Part shown: positions 18,936 to 29,563 of the stretch, piece after piece | Layout of the letters: every line of letters begins with the position of its first letter | How positions within the stretch are numbered: the first letter of the stretch is position 1 | NCBI GenBank assembly: GCA_051439425.1 | Contig: JBFRWD010000069.1 | Coordinates: 1-29,748, forward strand | Direction: 5' to 3' | From: Synechococcus sp. | GTDB lineage: Bacteria > Cyanobacteriota > Cyanobacteriia > Thermostichales > PCC-7336 | DNA: 29,748 nt | Notes under the pieces: generated by a model | Databases searched by the model: none | Seen by the model: the letters and a program-made list of their open reading frames with translations, nothing else | Told to the model about the DNA's origin: nothing | Translations under genes and position numbers: made by a program

Positions 18936-19072
18936 ATTTTTACGTCTTATCCAACAACTTCCGTGTCACATTATTGGTCATGTAGCCTTGATGGATGCAA
19001 GTTTTCTCGCAAGCTTCCTCAGCCAATGGGGTCATTCCCAACTAAAGTGAATATAACGATTACATTCCTCCC

Positions 19073-20677
19073 ATGAAGTGGATTGCTGCCGAAGAGTTGC
19101 TTGCTTTTCGTCGCTGTAGGCGGCAGCCCTATCTCCAGCAATTTGGGCCGCAAGAACAGCAAATACCCCCCAGTGACTTCCTAACACAGCTGCGGCAGGG
19201 GCGCCAAAACCACCGCGACACCATCAAGCTCAATGCCCCTGGAATTGATATGGGTGCGCTCAATAGCAAGTCTTGGCCCGAGCTTCACGCTCGGGCTTTG
19301 CGTACGTTAGAGCTGATGGCAGCCGGAGAAGAGCGCATTTACCGGGGGGTGCTGATGCATCCTCTGAATCTGCCTGGAAACCCAATTTTGGTCTGTAAAC
19401 CCGATATTCTGGTGCGCTCGCCACTGCCGCCCCCCCCTGACGAGCCCACACCAGACCGATTAGAGAGCAGCAACTTAGAGCTTCCTAATTCAGCAGCTCT
19501 CCTGGCCACAATCCCATCCGTCGGCCTGTCGTTTTTACATCCCAACGATCGCCAGTGGCGTTACATTCCAGCAGATGCACGCGCCAGCAAACGCGTGAAA
19601 TCTGACTACGCCATGGTTCTAGCCCTACATTCAGAAGTGTTGCGCATGGTGTGGGGGATAGACAGCGATCGGGCATTCGCCATCTTGGCAGATGGGAAAT
19701 GGCGACGGGTAGGATTGCGAACTGCAAAACAGAATGCCCGTCAACTGTTGGTCGACCATGCCAGCGCGATGGCCCAGCACGAACCACCAAACGTACACAT
19801 GACTCGCAGTCGCTGCAGCCTCTGTACGTGGCAAGACCATTGCCGTTCCGTGGCGCGCGCCAACCACCCACTCACTCTACTCCCCGGAGTTACGGCAACG
19901 ATCTATGCCACCCTAAAAGAGATCGGCATCCTCAGCATTGAAGCGCTAGCCGCCACCACCAGCGATCGCATCCAGCATTTACCCGGTATCGGCCAAACCA
20001 CAGCCCACCGGCTCATCCATCAAGCAATGGCCGAGCGAGACGGAACAGCGCTGTCCATCAAGCCCTTCACATTGCCGCGATCGCCAGTCGAACTGTATTT
20101 CGATATCGAAGCAGAACCCCAACGAAATGTGGCCTATTTATTGGGGGTATTAGCCGTCAACCGACAATACAACGAGTCAACCTTCCATCCATTTTTGGCA
20201 GAACATCCTGACAAGGAACGCGACTGCTGGAACGAATTCGTACAACTGACCCAGCGCTATCCCACGGCTCCGATTTATCACTTCCACGCCTTCGAAATCC
20301 ATACCTGTCGTCAACTGGCCGATCGCTACAGTACGTCCCGCACCATTCTGCAGCAAATCCTCAACCGGATGGTGGACCTGCACGAGATTGCCAGCCAATG
20401 CGTAGTCATGCCGGTAGAAAGCTATTCCCTCAAGCACATGGCAAAATGGCAAGGATTTCGCTGGCGGCAGGAGGATGCGGGGGGAGCACAAGCCGTTTAT
20501 TGGTACGCCCAATGGCTGAAGACTGGTGATCGTAGCTACTTAGATGCATCAGTCACTTACAACGAAGATGATTGCCTAGCCACATACCATCTCAAACAAT
20601 GGCTGGAGCGCTGGGAAGCAGACCACTATCCAAGTCCTGTTACCAGTCTGGCGCGCTGCGAGATTCCAGCATCGTAG
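19073..20677 (+). CDS. TM0106 family RecB/Cas4-like putative nuclease with HhH and RNase H-like domains
   Basis: RRCRR...CSLCTWQDHC four-Cys set, KPDIL, LPGIG HhH, YFDIE, SYSLK, YNEDDC. Confidence 0.88.
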   Translation: MKWIAAEELLAFRRCRRQPYLQQFGPQEQQIPPSDFLTQLRQGRQNHRDTIKLNAPGIDMGALNSKSWPELHARALRTLELMAAGEERIYRGVLMHPLNLPGNPILVCKPDILVRSPLPPPPDEPTPDRLESSNLELPNSAALLATIPSVGLSFLHPNDRQWRYIPADARASKRVKSDYAMVLALHSEVLRMVWGIDSDRAFAILADGKWRRVGLRTAKQNARQLLVDHASAMAQHEPPNVHMTRSRCSLCTWQDHCRSVARANHPLTLLPGVTATIYATLKEIGILSIEALAATTSDRIQHLPGIGQTTAHRLIHQAMAERDGTALSIKPFTLPRSPVELYFDIEAEPQRNVAYLLGVLAVNRQYNESTFHPFLAEHPDKERDCWNEFVQLTQRYPTAPIYHFHAFEIHTCRQLADRYSTSRTILQQILNRMVDLHEIASQCVVMPVESYSLKHMAKWQGFRWRQEDAGGAQAVYWYAQWLKTGDRSYLDASVTYNEDDCLATYHLKQWLERWEADHYPSPVTSLARCEIPAS

Positions 20678-20819
20678 CAAGATCGGAATTCAGCTATCTG
20701 AAAGCCCACGAGTTCCCAAGCTCCACAAGATGACGGTCAATTTCAAATCGTTGTCAGCTCTATCTCAAACGATGGGCATCCTCTAGGTAGATCTGACACT
20801 AGGCCTTGTTTTAATTTTC

Positions 20820-22697
20820 ATGTACGATCTGCCCGCTTTCCCCTCCAGGAAGCAGTCGCCAGCCCACTCATTCAAGCTGGTGCGGTATATCTCCATCGCA
20901 AGCTTCAGTGCATTTCTGCTGGCCAGTGCATTGCTCAGTATCTATTGTCGAAGACAAGCGCTGAAGAATGCGATCGTGCAGGTGGAAGAACAAAATGTCG
21001 CGATTAATCGGATGTACGCCAACTTTGTTTGGGATAAATTTTCCGATTTTCTAACAACAACTGATGCCCTGACTGGCGAGGAATTACGCAATCATCCGCA
21101 AAGGGCTGAGCTAATAAGGCAGACTGTGGAGCAGGTGGAAGGATTGTCTGTCGTCGAAGTCAATATTTTCGACCTGCAGGGGCGCAGAGTTTTTTCAACA
21201 CAGCCCGAACTGATTCGCGAACGGAAAGACACACTGGAAGAATTTCAAACTGCTCTGGAAGGAGAAGTCACAACTTCACTGCAAGAACGTGAGCAGTTCG
21301 ACAGTATTTTTGGAGAGTTTGAGAACATTAGCATCGTGTCTAGCTATGTCCCAATTTTTAGTGACGATTCGCTCGGCATAGCTGAGCCAACGATGAACAG
21401 ACCCCCGAGGAACATCATTGGTGTCATTGAGCTGGGCAGCGACTATACGCCGCTCGTGCGACACATTCATGCGACTCACAAAGCCATCCTAACCAAGGCC
21501 ATCCTAATTCTAGGAACGCTGTATTGCTTGCTGCTATGGGTCACTGGATATGCAGATCGCGTCCTCCAGTCGCAATACACAGCCATCCAACAATATGCGA
21601 CTGACTATTACGACCTGGCCCAACAACAAACAGACACGCTGCACAATCTCCGATCTACCCAATCACAACTCATCCACCAAGAAAAGCTTGCTGCCCTGGG
21701 GCAAATAGTGGCAGGAGTTGCCCACGAAATTAATACTCCGTTGGGGGCTATTCAGGCATCTGCGAGCAATATGACAAGAGCATTGGAGGAGTCTCTAACC
21801 GAGCTCCCCAAATTACCCGAACAGTTGAATCCGCAACAGCAAGAGGCGTTCTTTGCTTTTCTCGATGCCGCCCGACACAATGAAAGCTTTTTGACGGCTA
21901 GTGAAAAACGCCCGTTACGCAAAGCGTTGATACAGCAACTCAAAGAAGCTGACATTGAAAATCCCCGGCAAATCGCAAATTTACTCATCGACATGGGGAT
22001 TCACGGCTCCGTCACACCGTATATGGAACTGCTCACCTTTGAATCATCCGCTTGGTTATTACGCTTGGCCTATAACTTAGCCAGACTCCCCGCCAGCAAT
22101 CGGACGATTCTCTCTGCCGTCGAGCGGGCTGGCAAGGTTGTGTTTACCCTGAAAAATTTTGCACATCACGACCACATCGAAGAACTGCAGCTCGTCTCCG
22201 TGATTGATGGAATCGAGACCGTCTTAGAGCTGTACCACAACCAACTTAAACATGGTGTAGAGGTCAAACGTGACTACCAATCAACCCCTCAAGTGTGGTG
22301 CTATCCCGATGAGCTGGTTCAGATATGGAGCAACTTAATTCACAACGGCATTCAAGCAATGGATGGTAACGGTATAATCCTCATCTCCGTGAATCAAGAT
22401 CGAGACTATTGTCGGGTGGCTGTGACCGATACGGGTAAGGGGATTCCTCCCGAACTGCGAGCCAGGATTTTTGACCCCTTCTTCACAACCAAAAAAGCTG
22501 GAGAAGGCAGCGGCTTAGGATTGCATATCAGTCGACAGATAATCGAAAAACATAATGGAACCATGGAGCTTAATAGCGAACCTGGCCAGACAACATTCAC
22601 AATTGGGCTGCCATTACAAGTTTCAAGCACGAGGAAAGAAAATACAGCATCCATTCAGGATGCCTTAGCATTGGAAGGGGAGTTAAATCATGCCTAA
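20820..22697 (+). CDS. Membrane sensor histidine kinase
   Basis: Two TM segments flanking a Cache-like extracytoplasmic region. H-box AHEINTPL, N-box NLIHNGIQA, DTGKGIP, FDPFFTTK, GSGLGL. Confidence 0.93.
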   Translation: MYDLPAFPSRKQSPAHSFKLVRYISIASFSAFLLASALLSIYCRRQALKNAIVQVEEQNVAINRMYANFVWDKFSDFLTTTDALTGEELRNHPQRAELIRQTVEQVEGLSVVEVNIFDLQGRRVFSTQPELIRERKDTLEEFQTALEGEVTTSLQEREQFDSIFGEFENISIVSSYVPIFSDDSLGIAEPTMNRPPRNIIGVIELGSDYTPLVRHIHATHKAILTKAILILGTLYCLLLWVTGYADRVLQSQYTAIQQYATDYYDLAQQQTDTLHNLRSTQSQLIHQEKLAALGQIVAGVAHEINTPLGAIQASASNMTRALEESLTELPKLPEQLNPQQQEAFFAFLDAARHNESFLTASEKRPLRKALIQQLKEADIENPRQIANLLIDMGIHGSVTPYMELLTFESSAWLLRLAYNLARLPASNRTILSAVERAGKVVFTLKNFAHHDHIEELQLVSVIDGIETVLELYHNQLKHGVEVKRDYQSTPQVWCYPDELVQIWSNLIHNGIQAMDGNGIILISVNQDRDYCRVAVTDTGKGIPPELRARIFDPFFTTKKAGEGSGLGLHISRQIIEKHNGTMELNSEPGQTTFTIGLPLQVSSTRKENTASIQDALALEGELNHA

Positions 22698-23078
22698 GGC
22701 CAGTATTTTATGTGTAGATGATGAAATCACCATTCTCGATTGCTTGCGAGAACAACTACTGCGCTGCTTTGGCGATCAATACTTAGTTGAAGTAGCCGAG
22801 AATGCCTCGGAAGCCATGGAGGTGATGGAAGAATTATATGAGGAAGGTATTAAAGTTCTCATTATTGTTTCCGATTGGTTAATGCCGGGTTTAAATGGGG
22901 ATAAATTTCTCATCCAAATTCACGATAAATTTCTTGAGATTGCCACGGTCATGTTGACCGGACAAGCCGATGAAACCGCTATTCAGAGGGCCGCCAGGAG
23001 GCAGAGTTATTCGCCTGCTTAAACAAACCGTGAAAAGAATCGGAACTCAAGCAGGTGATTAGCTCTGCTTTAAATTAA
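22690..23078 (+). pseudogene. Single-domain response regulator (receiver) disrupted by a frameshift and a nonsense codon
   Basis: ILCVDDE, SDWLMPG and LTGQ are intact. After a 1-nt loss near 22991 the other frame reads RQEAELFACLNKP*KESELKQVISSALN*, with TGA at 23031 where the KPW tryptophan is expected. Confidence 0.85.
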
Positions 23079-23173
23079 TCCTCAAGTCTGAGTTGCCGTC
23101 AAAACTTTACAGTACTCAGCGATTAGATTCAATATCTGTTCATACATTTATATTTTAGGTTTTCCCTCCTCCT

Positions 23174-25318
23174 ATGACCAGTCCAGCTATCATTTGTGTC
23201 GACGATAACTCGGGGATTCTCAGTAGCCTTGAAGAACAACTCAGTCGACATTTTGGTGATGAATACGATATCGAACTAGCTTCTGATGCGACAGAGGCAC
23301 TTGAGTTATGTGCTGAATTGATCGCAGAGGGCATTCCCATTCCCGTTGTGATTTCCGATCAGCAAATGCCGGGGATTAAAGGGGATGAATTACTAGTTCA
23401 AATCTACAATCTAAATCCAAACGTACTCACGATATTGCTAACCGGACAAAGTAGTGTCGAAGCCATTCGCAATGCGGTAAACGCAGCGAATCTCTATCGT
23501 TTTATCGCCAAGCCGTGGGATGAAGCCGATCTGATCCTGACTGTTAGGGAAGCGTTACGCCGCTACGGACAAGACCATCAATTAGCGGCTCAGAAAAAGG
23601 CATTACAGGAGGCAAATGTCGAGCTTGAACGTTCGATATCGTTACTGCAAGCCACCTTGGATTCCACAGCAGACGGCATCTTAGTGGCCAATCGTACTGG
23701 CACGATCACCCATTTCAATCGCAAACTAACAGACGTTTGGAAAATCGATGCCAAAAGCGACCCCGCACACATATTCGACAGTATGGTCAGGCAATTAGCC
23801 AATAGCCATCAGTTTGACCTCCAAAACTGGGAATCCGATCGGTGGGGTCAACCCGAAACCAGTGAATCCCTCATTCTTAAGGACAATCGTATTCTGGAAT
23901 GTCTATCTCAACCCCAGTACCTGAACCAACAGGTCGTGGGTCGAGTCTGGAGTTTTCGCGATATTACACAACGCCAAAAAGCTGAGGCAACAATTCGCTA
24001 TCAAGCCAACCACGATGCTCTAACAGGGTTGGTCAATCGGAGACAATTCAAACGTAGTCTGACTCAGTTACTCGCTTCTGGGCCGTCTCAATTCAATCAT
24101 CTGGCGGTCTTCTTCATCGATTTAGATCGGTTTAAAACTGTGAATGACTCGTTGGGCCATGCGGTAGGAGATTGCCTGCTCAAAGAGGTTGCGGAACGAT
24201 TGCAACAGTGTTGCCGCGAGGAAGATGTTCTCTCCCGATGGGGAGGGGACGAATTTACCATGGCAATCCCCAACCTAGACTCCCCAGATACCGCCGCCAA
24301 TATTGCCGAGCGGTTACTAGAGACATTGCTGCCCAACTTTAACTTGCTAGGGCATCCAATTTGCGTCACAAGCAGCATTGGAATTGCCATCTATCCTGAA
24401 GACGGTCAAAACGCTGACATGCTCTTGAAGAATGCCGATGTTGCTTTGTATCAAGCGAAGGAAGATGGTCGGAATCGTTACCGACTTTTCACCCGCTCCC
24501 TCAACGAGCAAGGGCTGGAGCAACTGGCGATGGAATATGCCTTAAATCAGGCACTGGAGCAGGCGGAATTTTCTCTTCATTACCAACCCCAGCTCAATTC
24601 TGCTACGGGCCATATCTCTCATATGGAAGCATTGATTCGATGGCAGCACCCTCAGTTGGGCACCATACCTCCTACCCAATTTATTCCGATTGCCGAACTC
24701 AATGGTTTGATTGTCACCTTAGGTCAGTGGGTACTGGCGACGGCCTGTGCCCAAGCTAAGCAATGGGAAACAATGGGAATGCCCGTGACAGTAGCAGTCA
24801 ACCTATCTCCTCGACAATTAGCTGACCATTCATTACTGCCGATTGTTGAAGACGTTTTGCACGAGACTCGCCTTGACAGTCAGTTTCTCGAGCTTGAGAT
24901 TACTGAATCGGGAACGTTTCACAATATCAAACAAGCCAAACAAACGCTGTCGCAACTCAGCCGTATGGGCATCGGCATCGCCCTAGACGATTTTGGAACT
25001 GGATATTCTTCCCTCAGCTACCTGAAGCAGTTTCCGCTAAATGCTCTCAAGATCGATCGCTCGTTTGTGCGCGACCTACAACATCAAGCAAATGATGTAG
25101 CCATCGCCAAAAGTATCTTGGAGTTGGGTCGTGGATTGGGGCTACGAGTGGTTGCGGAAGGGGTGGAGACAGAAGAGTTGAAGAGCTTGCTGGAATCTCT
25201 AGGCTGCCAGCACATGCAAGGCTATTTATTTTGTCGCCCGCTGACGGCAGAGGGAGCTACTCAGTTCTTACAGCAGCAACACAGTAAAAAAAATCAGGCG
25301 AGACTGCAGACATCGTAG
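23174..25318 (+). CDS. REC-PAS-GGDEF-EAL c-di-GMP cyclase/phosphodiesterase response regulator
   Basis: Receiver (CVDD, SDQQMPG, KPW), coiled coil, PAS-like segment ending RDIT, HDALTGL, REED...WGGDEF, EALIRW, DDFGTGYSSL, KIDRSF, AEGVE, QGY. Confidence 0.95.
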   Translation: MTSPAIICVDDNSGILSSLEEQLSRHFGDEYDIELASDATEALELCAELIAEGIPIPVVISDQQMPGIKGDELLVQIYNLNPNVLTILLTGQSSVEAIRNAVNAANLYRFIAKPWDEADLILTVREALRRYGQDHQLAAQKKALQEANVELERSISLLQATLDSTADGILVANRTGTITHFNRKLTDVWKIDAKSDPAHIFDSMVRQLANSHQFDLQNWESDRWGQPETSESLILKDNRILECLSQPQYLNQQVVGRVWSFRDITQRQKAEATIRYQANHDALTGLVNRRQFKRSLTQLLASGPSQFNHLAVFFIDLDRFKTVNDSLGHAVGDCLLKEVAERLQQCCREEDVLSRWGGDEFTMAIPNLDSPDTAANIAERLLETLLPNFNLLGHPICVTSSIGIAIYPEDGQNADMLLKNADVALYQAKEDGRNRYRLFTRSLNEQGLEQLAMEYALNQALEQAEFSLHYQPQLNSATGHISHMEALIRWQHPQLGTIPPTQFIPIAELNGLIVTLGQWVLATACAQAKQWETMGMPVTVAVNLSPRQLADHSLLPIVEDVLHETRLDSQFLELEITESGTFHNIKQAKQTLSQLSRMGIGIALDDFGTGYSSLSYLKQFPLNALKIDRSFVRDLQHQANDVAIAKSILELGRGLGLRVVAEGVETEELKSLLESLGCQHMQGYLFCRPLTAEGATQFLQQQHSKKNQARLQTS

Positions 25319-25434
25319 CCTAGAGCGCCATAACTTCAGCTCCTACCTGAAGAGTGACAAATGCACGCCGCCCAAAGGAAATGGGAGCGTCTAGACCAAA
25401 ACAAGAAAAGGGCTAGCACTGAGAGATCAAGACG

Positions 25435-25959
25435 TTAATAGGCGTCCTGCAGTTCGTAAAAATCCGGAGTGACGTAATCTTTACGCATGGGCCAACCCAC
25501 CCAATCTTCCGGCATCAAGATGCGCTTCAAGTTGGGATGACCTTCGTAGACGATGCCGTACATATCGTAGGTTTCGCGTTCTTGCCAGTCAGCAGTTTTC
25601 CAGATCCAATATACGGATGGGACGCGTGGGTCTTCCCGAGGCACAAACACCTTGATGCGTAACTCATCGGGGAGATCGGCGCGCTCGGACAGCTTGGCCA
25701 AATGATAAGTACTGACCAGATCCTTACCTGGTCCCAGATCGTAACCGCACTGGCACTGCAAGTAGTTGTACCCCATGCCGTACACCAGCTTGGCAATGAT
25801 GGGGAGAACCTCTCGGGAGATGGAAATCATCTCGACATTGCGGTGGTCGCGCCCCAAGTATTCATGTTCGAAACCGTTCTCGCTCAAAAACTGGGATACA
25901 GGACCGCGATCGAGGGATTCACCTCCATCCTGCGCCGCTAAATCGGTAGTCTCGCTCAT
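25435..25959 (-). CDS. ndhJ: NAD(P)H-quinone oxidoreductase (NDH-1) subunit J
   Basis: [47 protein letters not shown]. Confidence 0.97.
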   Translation of the reverse strand: MSETTDLAAQDGGESLDRGPVSQFLSENGFEHEYLGRDHRNVEMISISREVLPIIAKLVYGMGYNYLQCQCGYDLGPGKDLVSTYHLAKLSERADLPDELRIKVFVPREDPRVPSVYWIWKTADWQERETYDMYGIVYEGHPNLKRILMPEDWVGWPMRKDYVTPDFYELQDAY

Positions 25960-26712
25960 TTACTGTCCGGCCTCCTGTGCCAATCTCTCGGGTTCTGCTG
26001 ACTTCATCGCATCCGGAATTTCGATGCCGTACATTGCAGCAAGCTCGGGGGGAGGAGCCTGGCGGGTGGCAGCTTCTAGATATTCGCCCGTCAGAATTTC
26101 AGGAACTGGCTTAAGTTCGTGCGAGACGGAGTAGTAGCGATGCGTGGGCATTTTATTGCCCAATTCGCGGATATCTTCCGCCGACATTTTCTTCCGGAGC
26201 TTGATGATGGCATCCATGATCGCTTCCGGTCGCGGGGGGCAACCAGGGATGTACACGTCGACCGGAATTAGCTTATCGACACCACGAACGGTGGTGTAAG
26301 AATCGGTGCTGAACATGCCACCAGTAATGGTGCAGGCCCCCATCGCAATCACGTACTTGGGCTCGGGCATCTGTTGATACAGCTTGACTAGCGCAGGAGC
26401 CATCTTCATCGTGACGGTGCCGGCAGTGATAATTAGGTCGGCCTGGCGGGGTGAAGAACGGGGCAGCAGTCCAAAACGGTCGAAGTCAAACCGCGAGCCA
26501 ATCATGGCTGCAAATTCGATGAAGCAGCAGCTTGTGCCGTATAGCAACGGCCAAACACTGGACATCTTGGCCCAACTGTAGAGGTCGTTAATGGTGGTCA
26601 GAATGACATTGTTGGATAGGTCGGACGTAACCTGCGGTTTTTCCACCGGAAACTGCAGTTCCTTCTGGGGATTGGCCCCAATGGCATCCGATTCAGATGG
26701 CGTCATGACCAT
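25960..26712 (-). CDS. ndhK: NDH-1 subunit K
   Basis: [32 protein letters not shown]. Start overlaps the ndhC end (ATG at 26712 or 26706). Confidence 0.97.
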   Translation of the reverse strand: MVMTPSESDAIGANPQKELQFPVEKPQVTSDLSNNVILTTINDLYSWAKMSSVWPLLYGTSCCFIEFAAMIGSRFDFDRFGLLPRSSPRQADLIITAGTVTMKMAPALVKLYQQMPEPKYVIAMGACTITGGMFSTDSYTTVRGVDKLIPVDVYIPGCPPRPEAIMDAIIKLRKKMSAEDIRELGNKMPTHRYYSVSHELKPVPEILTGEYLEAATRQAPPPELAAMYGIEIPDAMKSAEPERLAQEAGQ

Positions 26713-27065
26713 TCCAGCGCTCCTTTTCTCCAGGCGTATACGAGTCCAAAAATCAGAATAGTGATGAAGACAATCGCTTCGACAAACGCTAGTAACCCTA
26801 GCTTGTGAAAGGCCACTGCCCAGGGGTATAGAAACACCGTCTCAACGTCAAACACGACGAAGACTAGGGCGAACATGTAATACCGAATGTTGAATTGAAT
26901 CCAAGCGCCCCCTTGAGGTTCCATCCCAGATTCGTAGGTGGTCAGTCGCAGACCGCTGCGCTGTTTCGGGCTTAATAGGTATCCTGCTGTCAGGGCTACC
27001 GCCGATAGCGTGCCACACAACATCAAGAACACGAGAAAGTAGTCGTAACCGGTCAGAACAAACAC
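26703..27065 (-). CDS. ndhC: NDH-1 subunit 3 (C)
   Basis: [47 protein letters not shown] start. Confidence 0.97.
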   Translation of the reverse strand: MFVLTGYDYFLVFLMLCGTLSAVALTAGYLLSPKQRSGLRLTTYESGMEPQGGAWIQFNIRYYMFALVFVVFDVETVFLYPWAVAFHKLGLLAFVEAIVFITILIFGLVYAWRKGALEWS

Positions 27066-27101
27066 TCGGCCTTCGTCACATTGCTTAACGGCTCGTACTT
27101 C

Positions 27102-27107
27102 AGTATA
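27102..27107 (-). promoter_or_regulatory. Possible -10 element (TATACT) for ndhCKJ
   Basis: TATACT on the minus strand ~37 bp upstream of the ndhC start. Confidence 0.35.
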
Positions 27108-27363
27108 TGCACAGTCCTACAGCGGGATAGAACATTCGCGGCAATCTCACTAAATAACCCACACGACCTAATCTGTTGGGATTTGGTGCTTCATCAAACC
27201 GTCCCTAGGCTTAGATATCGTCATCGTGAATAGCGCCATCTTGAAGTACGTCAAAAGATGAGCGCAGTCAGATCGCCGAGTCGTCCAGGGGGGAGCAAGA
27301 AAGGCCAAGGTTAAGGGGGATGACTCTCCAACAGCCCTTAATAGCGACCAAATAGACTATCCC

Positions 27364-27753
27364 TTATCCCGCTTCCACCATTGCTTTGTAGTCTTCCGCA
27401 GACATGGTTTCGTCCATATCGTCGGGGTTGCTCAGCGAGACCTTGAACAACCAGGCATCGCCATAGGGGTCATCTGCAATACTTTCAGGGCTGTCTACCA
27501 TTGCTTCGTTAATGGCGACGACCGTGCCGCTGACAGGTGCATAGAGGTCTTCAACGGCTTTAACCGATTCGACAGAACCGATCGTGTCCCCCTTCTCCAC
27601 CTCGTCTCCTTCGTCGGGCAGACCCACAAAGACAATATCGCCGAGTTGATCGACCGCAAACGCCGTGATGCCGATTGTTGCGACGTTATCTTCAACCAGC
27701 AAGTACTCGTGCGAGTCAACGTAACGAAGAGTTTCTGGATAATCCAGGGCCAT
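27364..27753 (-). CDS. gcvH: Glycine cleavage system H protein
   Basis: YVDSHEY, GITAFAVDQLGDIVFV, lipoyl-Lys motif VESVKAV, DPYGDAWL. Start at MALDYP (27753). Confidence 0.96.
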   Translation of the reverse strand: MALDYPETLRYVDSHEYLLVEDNVATIGITAFAVDQLGDIVFVGLPDEGDEVEKGDTIGSVESVKAVEDLYAPVSGTVVAINEAMVDSPESIADDPYGDAWLFKVSLSNPDDMDETMSAEDYKAMVEAG

Positions 27754-28087
27754 GGGACGATGCTTCCTTATGCTCAAAATCACCGGCCAGTTGGGCTGTG
27801 TGCTTGCAACCGCCATTCAGGATTAAACCTCGTAATTTGTCTCGCCGTCAAAACCCATCAGTCCAGAATGAAATCGCTCCCACTGATTGTGGTGCCGACC
27901 TCAATAGTTTGCGGGCGCTATTGGCTCAATATTCAATTTCTCCAATCCCCAGCATGACTGGAGTTTGAGATTCGGTTCCGTTCTGAAGCTCGTATCAGCG
28001 AACGGAGCAAGACCACTCCCAATCACTATCCCAGTCAGCACTACAGCTTAGGTAGGGAACAGGAAACAGACCTTACGTTTCTGAAGA

Positions 28088-29563
28088 CTATTCGCAATCC
28101 AATAATTCTGGATCGGGCCGCACTTCTACGTCCATCTGGCGCAGTAGCCTGAGAGAGGCTTCGGAACCGTCAATATGCTTTTCTGCGGTCAGCCAATATG
28201 TTGCAATTCCGAGATCGGCGAGGAAGGTGATGTACTCTCCTAGCGGAGGGCGATCGAAAACAGCAGCTTTGATCACAGAAAATCCCCGCTCCGCCCAAGG
28301 AGCCGCGGCAAAGCGCTCGTAGTAGAACAATTGGCCGATCGTTTCTTGAATGCTTTCTGCCATGTCTTGGTGGTAAAGCAGCTTGACTTCCGCCAACAGT
28401 ACGCGATTATCCTTCACTGCCAGGAAATCGAAAAACTGTCGATCTTCCCGTACCTCAATCCCCGACAATCGGAACCAGCGTCGGAATTGACGCAGCAAGT
28501 CGTTGTGTTTTGGGGTGCGCTCCAGTTGGCGGCGGCGGCGACGCTCGGCCATCAGCGGATCGCACAGATCGCCCGAGGGTAACCCACTGCTGGTGTATTC
28601 AGGAGGCTCGTCAGGATCTAATAGAATGTGACCACCAACGGGCTGGGGCAGTAGTTGGGGAATTGACCAACTACTGAGGCGATCGGTATCGCGCTCGAAT
28701 GGGTCAAAGTCCGGTACCGACTCTTGTTGTTCTGCAAACGTCAAAATGGCGTGGTTGAGGGGAGAATCGGGATTGACGTCGAAACTCTGGCGCAGTTGCC
28801 ATCCTGGCAGTCCTACATCCTCAGCGAACTCTTCGGGGGATATTGATTCACGATTCCGATGGGAATGCTCGTTTCCGAAATAGAGCGCTGCAATTGTTGG
28901 ATAGATCGGAATCGGGTGATTGGAGGGCACCAACATGTTCCACATCGAATCAGTCCAATCGATGCGAAACACCTCAGCATCCGGGCCACTGCCGACAACC
29001 TGAAGCATTTTTGGGAAACCGGGCTGCCATCCACATGGGTGGTCGTCAAAGCGACATCGTTGCCGTCCCTGATCGACAGTCATGGGGAAGCTACCGTCAT
29101 AGAATCGCAGCGGACAGACATCCCGATCGCCATCTAGAAATTCTCGATCCCGCCACATACTGGGGGAACTAGCATGACAACCAATACCGGACTGACCGTT
29201 ACAGGCTTTAAGCCAGCGCCGCTCCCAGTAATGCTCTGCTGCGGACTGAGGCAGGATGGGTTGTGGCACACCACGGCCATCGTGATTAAACAGCGGCCAA
29301 ATCAGAGGAGTGCCGTCCTGCAGACTTGGTAAGTGGGAATGGGACTTGCGATAGAACGGGTCGCAAATGTCAGTGGCAATTTCCATCAGGGTCATGCCTT
29401 TGGCATCTCCGATCCATGGCAGGCGATCGTTCGAGTGGATGGCCAGTGCCACCTCAAGGCCATGAGGATGGAACCCAATTGCAGAGCGACTGTATCGATG
29501 CAGCAGTTGCATCGCCTGTAGGAATAAGTCGTAGCGGCGAACCTGAATCGCTGCCATAGCCAA
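28088..29563 (-). CDS. Hypothetical protein with a C-terminal PD-(D/E)XK-like endonuclease domain
   Basis: 491-aa ORF. The C-terminal HNDLLRQF...FDFLAV...LLAEVK...TIGQLFYY pattern fits a restriction-endonuclease-like fold. Cys-rich unrecognised N-terminal region and Pro/acidic linker. Confidence 0.7.
   Translation of the reverse strand: MAMAAIQVRRYDLFLQAMQLLHRYSRSAIGFHPHGLEVALAIHSNDRLPWIGDAKGMTLMEIATDICDPFYRKSHSHLPSLQDGTPLIWPLFNHDGRGVPQPILPQSAAEHYWERRWLKACNGQSGIGCHASSPSMWRDREFLDGDRDVCPLRFYDGSFPMTVDQGRQRCRFDDHPCGWQPGFPKMLQVVGSGPDAEVFRIDWTDSMWNMLVPSNHPIPIYPTIAALYFGNEHSHRNRESISPEEFAEDVGLPGWQLRQSFDVNPDSPLNHAILTFAEQQESVPDFDPFERDTDRLSSWSIPQLLPQPVGGHILLDPDEPPEYTSSGLPSGDLCDPLMAERRRRRQLERTPKHNDLLRQFRRWFRLSGIEVREDRQFFDFLAVKDNRVLLAEVKLLYHQDMAESIQETIGQLFYYERFAAAPWAERGFSVIKAAVFDRPPLGEYITFLADLGIATYWLTAEKHIDGSEASLRLLRQMDVEVRPDPELLDCE

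Noticed and set aside
18936..19072. TPP riboswitch upstream of tenA
   Set aside because: The GCUGAGA and CCUGA...AUAAU...GGGA consensus elements are absent.
27754..28087. Glycine riboswitch, small gene or toxin remnant upstream of gcvH
   Set aside because: No riboswitch consensus, and only short stop-interrupted frames.
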